Shown piece after piece: positions 1 to 9,919 of a stretch of 64,000 nucleotides of DNA. Made by a program: the position numbers and the translations under genes. The notes beneath the pieces are model-generated. The model did no database searches. It was given only the letters and a program-made list of their open reading frames with translations, and was not told the DNA's origin. Where the stretch lies: the NCBI GenBank assembly GCA_017397545.1, contig JAFQIK010000029.1, positions 27,264 through 91,263 of the forward strand, in the 5' to 3' direction. The stretch comes from Clostridia bacterium (GTDB lineage Bacteria; Bacillota; Clostridia; TANB77; CAG-508). Position 1 is the stretch's first letter. Each line of letters opens with the position of its first letter.

Positions 1-170
1 GAAATTACATCTTTATTTCTCATCCATGCTTGTACTGGTATTTTTGGCTCTTCTGGATTTGCATATCTTGCTAAATCGGTTAATGATATGTATTCCTTAT
101 TATTTATTCTAATTACACTTACTTTATTTTTCTCAACGTATATCTCTGTTTTTATTATATCTTTGCTCAT
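1..170 (-). CDS. KilA-N domain protein (partial; only the N-terminus lies in the window, the gene continues past position 1)
   Basis: Reverse strand translates MSKDIIKTEIYVEKNKVSVIRINNKEYISLTDLARYANPEEPKIPVQAWMRNKDVI.., a typical KilA-N signature (ISLTDLA..W.RNK). ATG at 170-168. Confidence 0.5.
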   Translation of the reverse strand, partial: MSKDIIKTEIYVEKNKVSVIRINNKEYISLTDLARYANPEEPKIPVQAWMRNKDVI

Positions 171-501
171 ATATTGTACCTTCTTCCTAATTATGCAGAT
201 ATCGTCTGCACAATTTATTTATTTTCTATTAATTGGCATTATAACATCTATTTCCAAATTTTTCATTAAAAATCTGAAAAAAGTCAAATTTTTACATTTT
301 TAATTATCCTGTAATATTTTGGGTTAGTAATCAAATTATTGTAGATAGCATGCCGATTTAAAGAAAATTTTTAATTTTTCTTTAAAATGTTAAAAGCTAA
401 AATAATTAATTTTTGACAACCAACAGGTCGTAAGACCTTTGTTTCAAAAATTAATATTTTAGCTTGATTTATAATATATATTAAGAAAATCCTACGAAGA
501 G

Positions 502-632
502 CGGGCGATTAAAATCGCCCCTACAACATTTGCAATTAATTTGTATATATTTTTGGGCAGGCACAAGACCTGCCCCTACAAACTCTTAATTAATTTTCTT
601 CACTGCGGGCGAGGATGGAACCTCGCCCCTAC
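502..632. repeat. three tandem REP hairpins downstream of glcK
   Basis: gcgggcgattaaaatcgcccctaca / gggcaggcacaagacctgcccctaca / gcgggcgaggatggaacctcgcccctaca. Confidence 0.7.
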
Positions 633-652
633 ACAATGCAAATTTAGGCAAC

Positions 653-1564
653 CTAAATTTGCATTGCTGCTCCTATTATTCCTGCATCGTTTTTAAGCTC
701 TGCAAGTACTATTTTAGGTATACTTTCTTTATTATATAACTCTACTTTTTCTGCAAGTTTATTTTCTAATCTTTCTAACAATATTTCTTTATAATGTGCA
801 AAACTTCCTCCTATAGATATTGCTTCTGGTTCTAAAATATTAATTAAATTAGCAATTCCTATGCTTAAGTCCTCTATATATGTATCTAATATTTCATTTA
901 ACTTTTCGTTTTTCTTATTGTCTATCATAAATTGTTTTATTAATTTTCCATCTATACTAGCTAAATTAAATTCTTTTTTTATTTTTTCTTTTAATCTCTT
1001 CATAGATGCGTATGCTTCAAAACATCCATTTCTTCCACAATTACATTTTTCTCCGCCTTTTTGTATTACCATATGTCCAACTTCAAACGCAGAATATCTT
1101 TTAGGTTTTAAAAGTTTTCCATTTAAAAATGCTGCTCCACCAACTCCTGTACCTATTATAAGAAAAAGTGAATCATCATATTCTTTTAAAGAACCATATG
1201 TTTTTTCGGCTATTGCTGCACACTTAGCATCGTTTTCTAAATATATTTGAATATTAAACTCTTTTTTTAATTCTTCTACTATTCTAAAATTTTCTATGCC
1301 TAGATTTTCTGCTTTTACTACTACGCCATTTGATACTGTTCCCGGAAAAGCAATTCCAATCGATTCTATTTTTTCTACTTGTTGTTGTTTTAAAATTTGA
1401 TTTAAAAGTTCTTTTATTGTATCTAATACTATATTAGACATGTCATTTTCGTGTATGTCATAATCTTTTTCTGTTTTTAATAAAAGATTTCCATTTGAAT
1501 CTATAATTCCTAATCCTATGTGACTTCCACCAACATCAATACCGATTTTCATATTAACCTCCAA
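653..1564 (-). CDS. glcK: ROK family sugar kinase (glucokinase-like)
   Basis: N-terminal MKIGIDVGGSHIGLGI ATPase motif, CNCGRNGCFE zinc motif, no HTH N-domain. Confidence 0.8.
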   Translation of the reverse strand: MEVNMKIGIDVGGSHIGLGIIDSNGNLLLKTEKDYDIHENDMSNIVLDTIKELLNQILKQQQVEKIESIGIAFPGTVSNGVVVKAENLGIENFRIVEELKKEFNIQIYLENDAKCAAIAEKTYGSLKEYDDSLFLIIGTGVGGAAFLNGKLLKPKRYSAFEVGHMVIQKGGEKCNCGRNGCFEAYASMKRLKEKIKKEFNLASIDGKLIKQFMIDNKKNEKLNEILDTYIEDLSIGIANLINILEPEAISIGGSFAHYKEILLERLENKLAEKVELYNKESIPKIVLAELKNDAGIIGAAMQI

Positions 1565-1619
1565 ATTTTTCTAAAAAAATAAATTGTAATTTATTTGAGA
1601 ATTATTTTTAGCGCAATTT

Positions 1620-1734
1620 GTAGGGGCGAACTTGTTCGCCCTCACTTCGAAGAACGGGCGATTAAAATCGCCCCTACATTTTTAGGTAATTCCTTCGATG
1701 CATTACGGGTCGCTGTGGGCAGCGACCCCTACAA
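1620..1734. repeat. REPIN plus an extra REP
   Basis: gtaggggcgaacttgttcgccc tcacttcgaagaa cgggcgattaaaatcgcccctaca ... gggtcgctgtgggcagcgacccctaca. Confidence 0.7.
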
Positions 1735-1768
1735 CGTTTGCAATTAATTCCATAATACAAATTACAAT

Positions 1769-3125
1769 TTATAAATATGCAGAGAATAACCATGTACCCA
1801 TATATACATTAATTAATGGAACTAATACTATTATTGTTACGAATATTAATAGCGCTCCAACAATTATATATACAATTTGAGGTAATACTTTCATTATTCT
1901 TTCTATTATATTATCAATATCAATTTGCATATAATCTAATAGTTTTTCCATCATTTCTGCTATATCTGTCTGCATTCCTATTTTTAACATTTCTGTTACC
2001 ATAGGGCTTGATAATCCAGATTGTTCAAATGGTTCTATCCAGCTTTGTCCTATTAATATATTATTAATAGAAGCTTCTACTAATGATAACATAACTAAGT
2101 TTGTTGCAATACTTTTACTTGTTTCTAATGCTTCTTGTATTCTCATACCATTTTTTACATTTAATAGTATTGCTTTTATTAATCTTGAAAAATCTATTGC
2201 ATAAATTAATGGTCCAAATATTGGAGCTCTGTATTTGAAATAATGATAATTATATTTACCGTGTGGTGTTCTTATATATACAATTATACCTACTACAGCT
2301 GCAATTATTGCAAATGTAGGAATATACCAAAATTCAATTAATTTATCTAATACTCCTTTAAACCATAAAGTAGCTGCTGGTAATTGATCCTGAGTTCCTA
2401 CTTGATCAAATACATTTTGTATCATAGGAATTGCAACCAATGTTCCTATAATTAGTAAAGCGAGTAATGCTACAAATTGTGCAATATTTGGAACTAATAT
2501 TTTCTTTAATCTTCTAGTCATTTCTGCACTTTCATCAAGATATTTTACAGCTTGTTCTAATGCTCTTGTTAAAGATCCGAGACAACTCTCCTACTTTTAT
2601 CATATTTATATAAATAGGTGGAAACACTCCTGAATAGTATTCCATTGTAGAATACATACTTTCTCCAGCTTCTACTCCTAATAATATATCTTCTAGAATT
2701 GCTCTAAGTGATGGATTTTCTGTTCCTTCAATAATTGTTGATAATGCATGTATATTATTAAAATTAGCTTTTTTTAGTAAATAAAAATTTTGCGTAAATA
2801 TAACAATATCTTTATTAGTTATTTTTACATCACCAAAAAGAACCTTTTTAGCTTTTTCCGCAAATCCCTTACTTTTAGATGACACACTTTTAGCAATTTC
2901 TTGCTCTCTAACTGTTTTTAATGCACTATCACTAGTTTCAATGTTTTTTCTTTGTTTTTTTACAGCTTTATTTGCCTTTGCACTCATTCTTATTTGAGTA
3001 ACTGATATTGGCATTAATCCATTATTTTTTAATTTTTTTAACAATACAAATTTATTTAATTCTTCTACTCTATTACTTACAACCTGTTTGTCTTTAGTTG
3101 CAGCCTTGTATATATATAATGGCAT
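1769..3125 (-). CDS. pilC: type IV pilus / T2SS platform protein PilC(GspF); needs +1 recoding at in-frame CGG (extra C, plus-strand G about 2579)
   Basis: Two adjacent ORFs (2535-3125 N-terminal part, 1769-2521 C-terminal part) are both GspF-like. Coding strand reads ...GTA GGA GAG TTG TCT C GGA TCT TTA ACA..; dropping the C gives VGELSGSLTRALEQAVKYLDESAEMTRRLKK, joining the halves. Confidence 0.8.
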
Positions 3126-3149
3126 ATATACCCTCCATTTCTTTTTGTC

Positions 3150-4248
3150 TTATCCTCTTTTTATTTTCATTTGCATTATTGTTCTATTTAATACTTCTAT
3201 ATTTTTTTCTTCTATTTGAGATTTAGCTTGTGCTAAACTTATTTTTTCATCAACAAATAATGTTGCAATAGAATTTATAAGACTTACATTTCCTTTATCA
3301 CTATTTCCTTGTATAGCATCTTCTAATTCTGATACACTAAATTTTTCTTTTCTAATACATCCAGCAACTACATTGTCAACAACCATAACTTCTGGTAATA
3401 ATACTAATTTTCCATCTAAACCTTTTAAAAGTCTTTGTGATACAACAAGTTTTAATAAAGATGACATTAAGTATTTTATACTTGCTTGGTCCCTTACTTC
3501 ATAGAAGTTTATCATTCTGTCTATAGTTTCAGCACAAGATTTTGTATGCAATGTTCCTATAACCAAATGTCCAGATTCTGCCATATCAATTGCTGCTTCC
3601 ATTGTCTCTTTATCTCTAATCTCTCCGTATAACCAATATATCGCAATCTTCTCTTAGAGAATTTTTTACTCCATCTCTAAAATTATCAACATCTCCGCCT
3701 CTTCCAACTTCTTTTTGTACAATCATAGACTTTTTACATTTATGTTTAAATTCTATAGGTTTTTCCAAAGTCAATATTTTCTTATTGTGTGATTCATTTA
3801 TTTCATTTATTAAAGCATTTAATGTTGTTGTTTTTCCTGAGTTTGTTTTTCCTGTAACTAAAATTAGCCCTTGAGGTTGAAGTGTCATTCTTCTTACTAT
3901 ATCTGGTACTCCTAATTCTTCAAATCTTGGAAGTGTGTTTTTTATAATTCTTAATGTAAAAATAGGTAAATCCTCGGCAGATGATATATTAACCCTTAAT
4001 CTTACATCTGCATATTCAAAAGAAGTATCTAACCTTTTTGTAGCTTTATAAGTTTCGTCTTTATCTATATTTCCTCTTACAAAATAATCGTATGCTTCGT
4101 ATAATTCTGTCTCTCCTAGAATATCCTCTTCTTCTATCTCTTTTAATTCCCTAGCTATTCTAAGTATTGGTTTTAACCCTTTTATTAAATGTATATCTGA
4201 TGCATCTTTTTCTATTGCTATATCTAAAACTTTATTTATATTTAACAT
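3150..4248 (-). CDS. pilT: twitching-motility ATPase PilT; needs +1 recoding at in-frame CGG (plus-strand G about 3627)
   Basis: N-terminal ORF has the Walker A GKTNSGKTTT; C-terminal ORF has MEAAIDMAESGHLVIGTLHT. Junction reads GTT ATA C GGA GAG ATT; without the C it gives LVIGEIRDKETMEAAIDMAESG. Confidence 0.8.
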
Positions 4249-4281
4249 TAGTATCCTCCCTTAATAAATTTCTTTTGTTTA

Positions 4282-5910
4282 TTAATATATTATTATTTTT
4301 TTATCTATTTCACTTAATGTAGTTACTCCATCTATTACTTTATTTATTCCATCTATTAATAATGGTTTGTAATTACCTTTTAGTGCTTCTTCTTTTATTT
4401 CTATACTTGATGCACCATTTACAATTAATTCTTTTACATTATCTTCTATATTTAAAACTTCAAAAACTCCTGTTCTTTCGTAATATCCACTGCCATTGCA
4501 TTCTGCACATCCTACTGCATCATATGTAAATTTACCATCTAAATTAAATTCTACATTATATTTTTTCCCAATTTGAGTAATAATATTTTTTTCTTCTTCA
4601 GTAAATTCTCTCTTTCTTGCACATTTTTTACATAACTTTCTTACTAATCTTTGAGATACAGTTGTTCCTACTGTACTTGAAATATCATAATTAGAAATAC
4701 CCATTTTTCTAAGTCTTGTTATAACTTCTATTGAATCAATAGTATGTATTGTAGATAAAACATAGTGACCAGTTTGTCCAGCTTGCAAAGCTATTTCTGC
4801 TGTTTCTGTGTCTCTTATTTCTCCAAGTAAAATTATATCTGGGTCTTGTCTTAAAACTGTTCTTAAAGAATCAGAAAATCTAAGTTTTTCGTTTATTTCA
4901 ATTTGATTTAAACCAGGAATACGAATTTCAACCGGGTCTTCTATTGTAGTTATATTTATTTCTGGTCTATTCAAATAATCTATTATACTATATAATGTTG
5001 TAGTTTTACCTTCACCAGTAGGTGCAGCAATTATTGTTATACTATTTCTTTTGTTAAAGCTTGATTTTATAAGACTTTGGTCATCTGGAAATCCTAAGTC
5101 TGCAAGACCTCTAATATTAAGATTTTTCTTTAATAATCTTAAAACAAATTTTTCTCCATGTATATTTTTTTGTGAAGATACACGAATATTAAAATCTGGA
5201 TACATTATAATTCTACCATCTTGTGAGTCTTGCTTTTCTTGGAACATATTAGATATAGCTTTTAATCTTCCTATTATTTGTGTTTGTTTTTCTTTTGGTA
5301 TTTTTACCGCATTTATTAACTCTCCATCTATTCTATATCTAACTCTAATTTCGTTTTCTAATGGTTCTATATGAATATCACTTGCTCTTTTTTTAATAGC
5401 TGTTTTTATTATACTATCTACAAGTCCTGTTGTATCTGCATTAGAATTAATATTTTCTGCTGCTGTTCCTTCTAATGATTCTAAAATATCATTAATATTT
5501 TTTTCAAATGTAATATATCTTTCCATTATTAATCCCTTATTTAAAAGAATTAATCTAATAGTATCTACTGATTTTCTATCTAAAGTATCTGCAAAACATA
5601 CTTTTATTTTGTTTCCAGTTATATCAAATGGAATTGCTTTATTTTGTTTTGCAACATCTATTGAAATATATTCTGAAACATTTAAAGTAATATCATTTGG
5701 TGTTAATATAATAGATTTTTCATCTAATATATCTCCTAAGGCATTAATTAGGGCATATTCATCACATAAATTTAGTATGTTTATAATTTCTATAATTTTT
5801 TTATTTGGATTTTCTCTTTGATAATCTATTGCTTTATTAATATCATCTTGGTTTACTAATCCTCTTCTAACTAATTCTATACCTATTGGTCCTCTTCTTT
5901 TGTTATCCAT
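4282..5910 (-). CDS. pilB: type IV pilus assembly ATPase PilB/GspE
   Basis: 542 aa with a GSPII_E N-terminal domain, Walker A APTGEGKTTT and a C-terminal CxxC..CxxC zinc motif. Confidence 0.85.
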   Translation of the reverse strand: MDNKRRGPIGIELVRRGLVNQDDINKAIDYQRENPNKKIIEIINILNLCDEYALINALGDILDEKSIILTPNDITLNVSEYISIDVAKQNKAIPFDITGNKIKVCFADTLDRKSVDTIRLILLNKGLIMERYITFEKNINDILESLEGTAAENINSNADTTGLVDSIIKTAIKKRASDIHIEPLENEIRVRYRIDGELINAVKIPKEKQTQIIGRLKAISNMFQEKQDSQDGRIIMYPDFNIRVSSQKNIHGEKFVLRLLKKNLNIRGLADLGFPDDQSLIKSSFNKRNSITIIAAPTGEGKTTTLYSIIDYLNRPEINITTIEDPVEIRIPGLNQIEINEKLRFSDSLRTVLRQDPDIILLGEIRDTETAEIALQAGQTGHYVLSTIHTIDSIEVITRLRKMGISNYDISSTVGTTVSQRLVRKLCKKCARKREFTEEEKNIITQIGKKYNVEFNLDGKFTYDAVGCAECNGSGYYERTGVFEVLNIEDNVKELIVNGASSIEIKEEALKGNYKPLLIDGINKVIDGVTTLSEIDKKIIIY

Positions 5911-5940
5911 ATTCTCTTTCCTCCTTCAAAATTTGCTTTC

Positions 5941-6219
5941 TAGCAAATTTTGTACTATTCACTTTTCACTATTCATTATTCACTATTCACGGGTCGCCCA
6001 GGAGTGCGACCCCTACAATATTTTGATACTAATTATTATTATAATACATTTTTAGATTTTTTTGTACATATTTTTTGTTATTTCATAAAATTACCAGATT
6101 TTTTATTAAACAATTAAATTTGCAATTTTTTGTAGGGGCGACTAGTAGTCGCCCGCTCTTCGAAGGCATTTCTTAATAGTATGTCTTTGTAGCACGGGCG
6201 ACTACTAGTCGCCCCTACA
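5941..6219. repeat. cactattca satellite followed by REP and REPIN elements upstream of pilB
   Basis: tactattcacttttcactattcattattcactattcac + gggtcgcccaggagtgcgacccctaca; then gtaggggcgactagtagtcgcccgctcttcgaag ... cgggcgactactagtcgcccctacattttctctaca. Confidence 0.7.
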
Positions 6220-6225
6220 TTTTCT

Positions 6226-7191
6226 CTACAATTCTAGATTTGTGTCTAACAATTGCTCCCAAATTCCTACTAATTGTATTGTCTCTTCACCTGTACTATC
6301 TGTAAAAGAGCTATTAACAGTTCCCTGTTCCAAATCTACTAATATTTCATACCCTTCTTGTTCTGCTACATATTTATTTGTATTACTGTATAAATACTTT
6401 ATATTACCTTCTGAATCTTCTGCATATCTTGGAATCCATTGGTATATTAATGTATCTTCTTCTGCTAATATATATCCTACTTCTAAAGTTTTATTAGTAA
6501 TTAATACTTTTGCACTCTCTCCATTTTCATAGTTATACCAATTAGTATCATTTTCGTTGCACACTACATAATTATTATTTATCTCTTTAATAGAATATGC
6601 TCTTTGACCTTCTTCTAAACTTAAAAGATTTAAATCTGGTTTGTTTGGTGTTACTAGTTTTTCTCTTGATTTTATTCTTTTTATTGTTATTTCTTGTTCT
6701 TTATTTCCTAATTTATATTTTACTGTCATAGTTATTTCTTTTACTAAATCTAGTTCTTTTGTATCTGGATTTCCTTCCATTTCATTATAGTTTTTCAAAT
6801 CTATTATTGCTTTAAATGGAATATCCCCATACTTTTCTACCAGAGTATCCTCATCCTTTTCTGCCACTACTTCTACATCTTCGTTCGGAGTAGTTCCATC
6901 TTCCTGATAGTAGTACTTATTATTAAAGTATGTTATTAATTCATTTTCGCTTACTTTATCATAATATATTTTATCTACATATTCGAATACATCTACTATA
7001 TATCCATTTGCTTTGCTCATTCTTTTTAAAGAAGCATTTGACAAATATATGTTATATAACAGACTTGCTATTATTCCTGTAAATAATGTTATTATTAAAA
7101 CTGCTATTAACGCATCTGATGCCGCAAAACCATTTGATTTTTTTAAATTTTTTATTGTCATGTTTTTCTCCTTGTATATTGCATTTAGCAT
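6226..7191 (-). CDS. pilus-associated protein with a prepilin-like N-terminal hydrophobic segment (minor pilin candidate)
   Basis: N-terminus ..KKSNGFAASDALIAVLIITLFTGII resembles a class III signal peptide; sits in the pilus cluster. Confidence 0.45.
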   Translation of the reverse strand: MLNAIYKEKNMTIKNLKKSNGFAASDALIAVLIITLFTGIIASLLYNIYLSNASLKRMSKANGYIVDVFEYVDKIYYDKVSENELITYFNNKYYYQEDGTTPNEDVEVVAEKDEDTLVEKYGDIPFKAIIDLKNYNEMEGNPDTKELDLVKEITMTVKYKLGNKEQEITIKRIKSREKLVTPNKPDLNLLSLEEGQRAYSIKEINNNYVVCNENDTNWYNYENGESAKVLITNKTLEVGYILAEEDTLIYQWIPRYAEDSEGNIKYLYSNTNKYVAEQEGYEILVDLEQGTVNSSFTDSTGEETIQLVGIWEQLLDTNLEL

Positions 7192-7278
7192 TTAGTAATT
7201 GGTATTTAGATTTCAATTTTTTATAGAAACTACCAAACGCCAAATGCCAACTACAAATTATAATGTAATTTTATATTT

Positions 7279-8103
7279 TTAATATACTATATAGTTATAT
7301 ATAATTAATGCTGCAATATTTGCAAAACATAAATAAAATCCTATTGGGATTTGTTTATTTATATTTGTTTTTTCTTTTCTTTGTTTTAATTTGTTTATTA
7401 TTTGTTTTATTGCTACAAGCAATAATGTAATTATTATGCTTGCAATTGCAATTTCTTCTTTTGTTCCTATTACTAAATAAAAGCATAATGCAAGTATTTT
7501 CAATACATAACTTTGTTTTTCTTTTTTGTTTAATAAACTTTTATTCAATATTAAAATTGTAAGTATCAAAAATAAATATATTACATATTTATATATACTA
7601 ATGTTTACTATATATAAATATATTATATATAAAACTTCTATTATTAATCCAAATACTAATACAGGTATAGAAACTAAATGATTTTCCTTCTCTATTCCAC
7701 CTATTATAAATAAAGTACTAATATAAAACATTCCAAATACTAAATATACTAATTTGTTTATTTCTAAATTAAATATATTTATTTTTAAACTAATTGCAAA
7801 TAATAAAAATAATAATCCAGAAAATACTTCTAATAATAAATATCTTGGTCTTATTTTTTCTTTGCAATATCTACATTTTCCACCTAAAAAAAGGTAACTA
7901 AGTATTGGAATTAAATCTAAAAATTCTAATCTATGGTTACATTTTGGACAATATGACCTTTCATGTGTAATATCTTGTTTTAATGGTATTCTATATACTG
8001 CAAGTGTAAAAAAACTTCCAAGTAATGTTCCTATTATAAATATTGCTCCATATATTATTAATTCCAATTTTATCTGCTCCTTTATAGTAATTAAGGCATA
8101 CAC
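7279..8103 (-). CDS. pilD: prepilin peptidase (A24 family, PilD-like)
   Basis: Polytopic membrane protein with the CPKCNHRLEFLDLIP..GGKCRYCKEKI zinc-finger motif typical of PilD. Confidence 0.75.
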   Translation of the reverse strand: MYALITIKEQIKLELIIYGAIFIIGTLLGSFFTLAVYRIPLKQDITHERSYCPKCNHRLEFLDLIPILSYLFLGGKCRYCKEKIRPRYLLLEVFSGLLFLLFAISLKINIFNLEINKLVYLVFGMFYISTLFIIGGIEKENHLVSIPVLVFGLIIEVLYIIYLYIVNISIYKYVIYLFLILTILILNKSLLNKKEKQSYVLKILALCFYLVIGTKEEIAIASIIITLLLVAIKQIINKLKQRKEKTNINKQIPIGFYLCFANIAALIIYNYIVY

Positions 8104-8162
8104 AATAATTGTATATGCCCAAATTTATTTGTAATATTTAATTTATCCTTAAGTTAATTAAA

Positions 8163-8570
8163 TTAGCTATTAGATGCTGCATATTCTGTTTTTAAATCAA
8201 CTACTGGTGCTGATTCTCCAGTTAGATATTCTACATCATCTGTTGATAAAGTATATTCACCATCAACCATTTCTGCTTCCATTGTTACACCATCTAAGTA
8301 TTCTTCAACCATATCCGCAAATTCAGGTCCTGTTGGCCATGTATAAGTTTCAGCTGCAGGAGTATTATAGTAAGCTGATAAAACTTCTGCTTTAGCTAAA
8401 GCAGCTGCTTCAGATACTTGTGCTTGTTGTGTTTTTCTTGCTGCATCTCTAGCATTATCAAATAATCCTCCATTTAAAGCTACAGATATACTTACACCTA
8501 CTAATATTAACATTACTATAATTGTAATAATTAATGCAACTAATGTTATACCTTTTTGTCCTTTCATCAT
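8163..8570 (-). CDS. type IV pilin / pseudopilin
   Basis: MMKGQKG^ITLVALIITIIVMLIL prepilin leader plus hydrophobic helix; GC content is higher than the surroundings. Confidence 0.7.
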   Translation of the reverse strand: MMKGQKGITLVALIITIIVMLILVGVSISVALNGGLFDNARDAARKTQQAQVSEAAALAKAEVLSAYYNTPAAETYTWPTGPEFADMVEEYLDGVTMEAEMVDGEYTLSTDDVEYLTGESAPVVDLKTEYAASNS

Positions 8571-8674
8571 TTGTTTCCCTCCTTCTTTTTTATTATTTGT
8601 ATATATATTATTTAAAATAAATAATACCTAAAATTATGATATACTATTGCTAGTACAAAATCAAGACTTTTTTG

Positions 8675-9067
8675 TTATTTTGTCGTATTTATATTTGCTT
8701 GATTGTCTTTAACAGTATTTGAGCTACTTTGCCCATTACCATTTTCGTTATTATTATCAGTAATAGTTATTGTTTCTGTACCTACAGTAGAAAATGGATT
8801 CTTTTTTCCTATATCATAATCGTTTTCTTTTTGATATAATTCTAAATCTGCACTATCTACTGTATATGTTTTTACTATTGTTTGGTCTTCTAAAACTTCT
8901 TTACCAAGTTCTTCTTCTAATTCATTTGATATTTTATAAGCTTCTACTTTATATGGAACTGTTTTATTCATTGGAATATAATCATAGAAAAGTATTCCTA
9001 AAAGCAAAGCTACAACTAATAGTATTAATACTACTATTGCTGATTCTTTAATTACATTTTTAGCCAT
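8675..9067 (-). CDS. small membrane-anchored pilus assembly protein
   Basis: Start MAKNV.. preceded by AAAGGAGG; one TM helix, then a low-complexity N/T-rich tail. Confidence 0.5.
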   Translation of the reverse strand: MAKNVIKESAIVVLILLVVALLLGILFYDYIPMNKTVPYKVEAYKISNELEEELGKEVLEDQTIVKTYTVDSADLELYQKENDYDIGKKNPFSTVGTETITITDNNNENGNGQSSSNTVKDNQANINTTK

Positions 9068-9077
9068 AATTCCTCCT

Positions 9078-9902
9078 TTAATCAAAGCTTATTGTAATAT
9101 TTTCTACAGTAAACTGAGCTTGTACATTTTTAGGATCATATGCTACATCTGTTTTTGTTGTACTTGTTTCTTTTTTATCTGTATTATTGTTATTATTTGT
9201 TATTGCATTATTATCATTAGTATTATTATTTGTTATATTTGTTTGTTCTTTATTTGTTGTGCTATTACTGCTACTTGAAGTAATAACTGGTGTAGATGTT
9301 ATTGTTTCTTTTGAGCTGTATGGTTCATATGTTGAAGTACTAGCACCTTCACCTGTTACAGTAGTTGTTGTTCTCACCATATAAGGTTCTACATTTAAAT
9401 TTACTATTTCAAATAACAAATCGTCGTCATTTTCTATACTATATATAAAATTATAAACAGATTCATAAGTTCCTACTATTGTTAAATCTAGGTCATACAC
9501 CTCTGCACTTTTTGTTGTTTTTAAATCTAATCTCAAGTCTTTTAAACCATTTTGTCTTGAGTGTCTACCTAAATCAACCATTAATGTTTCTATTTTATAG
9601 TTCCTTAAATATGTTCCAAAAGTATCTTCAATTGATGTAGCATATGCTACTTTTGTATTATATTTATTTTTACTAGTTTCTAATTTCTTTATAGACTCTT
9701 CCAAAGCGTTAAGTTCTTTAGGATAAGTTTGATCTGAAAGCTCATATGCTTGTTGTAATTTTGAATCTAAATTATTGCTCATGTCTTTTATGTTTTTTAT
9801 ACTTTCAATCTTTATACTTCCTAAATTAATGCTTTTAAAACACATGAAATATCCTAAAACTAATAATAATATAATTATAAATCCAATTATTATTTTTTTC
9901 AC
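9078..9902 (-). CDS. PilO-like pilus biogenesis protein
   Basis: N-terminal TM helix, coiled coil and PilO-like periplasmic domain; in the pilus cluster. Confidence 0.55.
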   Translation of the reverse strand: MKKIIIGFIIILLLVLGYFMCFKSINLGSIKIESIKNIKDMSNNLDSKLQQAYELSDQTYPKELNALEESIKKLETSKNKYNTKVAYATSIEDTFGTYLRNYKIETLMVDLGRHSRQNGLKDLRLDLKTTKSAEVYDLDLTIVGTYESVYNFIYSIENDDDLLFEIVNLNVEPYMVRTTTTVTGEGASTSTYEPYSSKETITSTPVITSSSSNSTTNKEQTNITNNNTNDNNAITNNNNNTDKKETSTTKTDVAYDPKNVQAQFTVENITISFD

Positions 9903-9919
9903 GTTTTACTCCTTATCTT

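Noticed and set aside
88-303. 71-aa hydrophobic ORF on the plus strand
   Set aside because: It lies antisense to a well-supported KilA-N domain gene on the minus strand. The low-complexity AT-rich translation is typical of a spurious antisense ORF, as are most of the 60-120 aa ORFs in the supplied track that overlap annotated genes.
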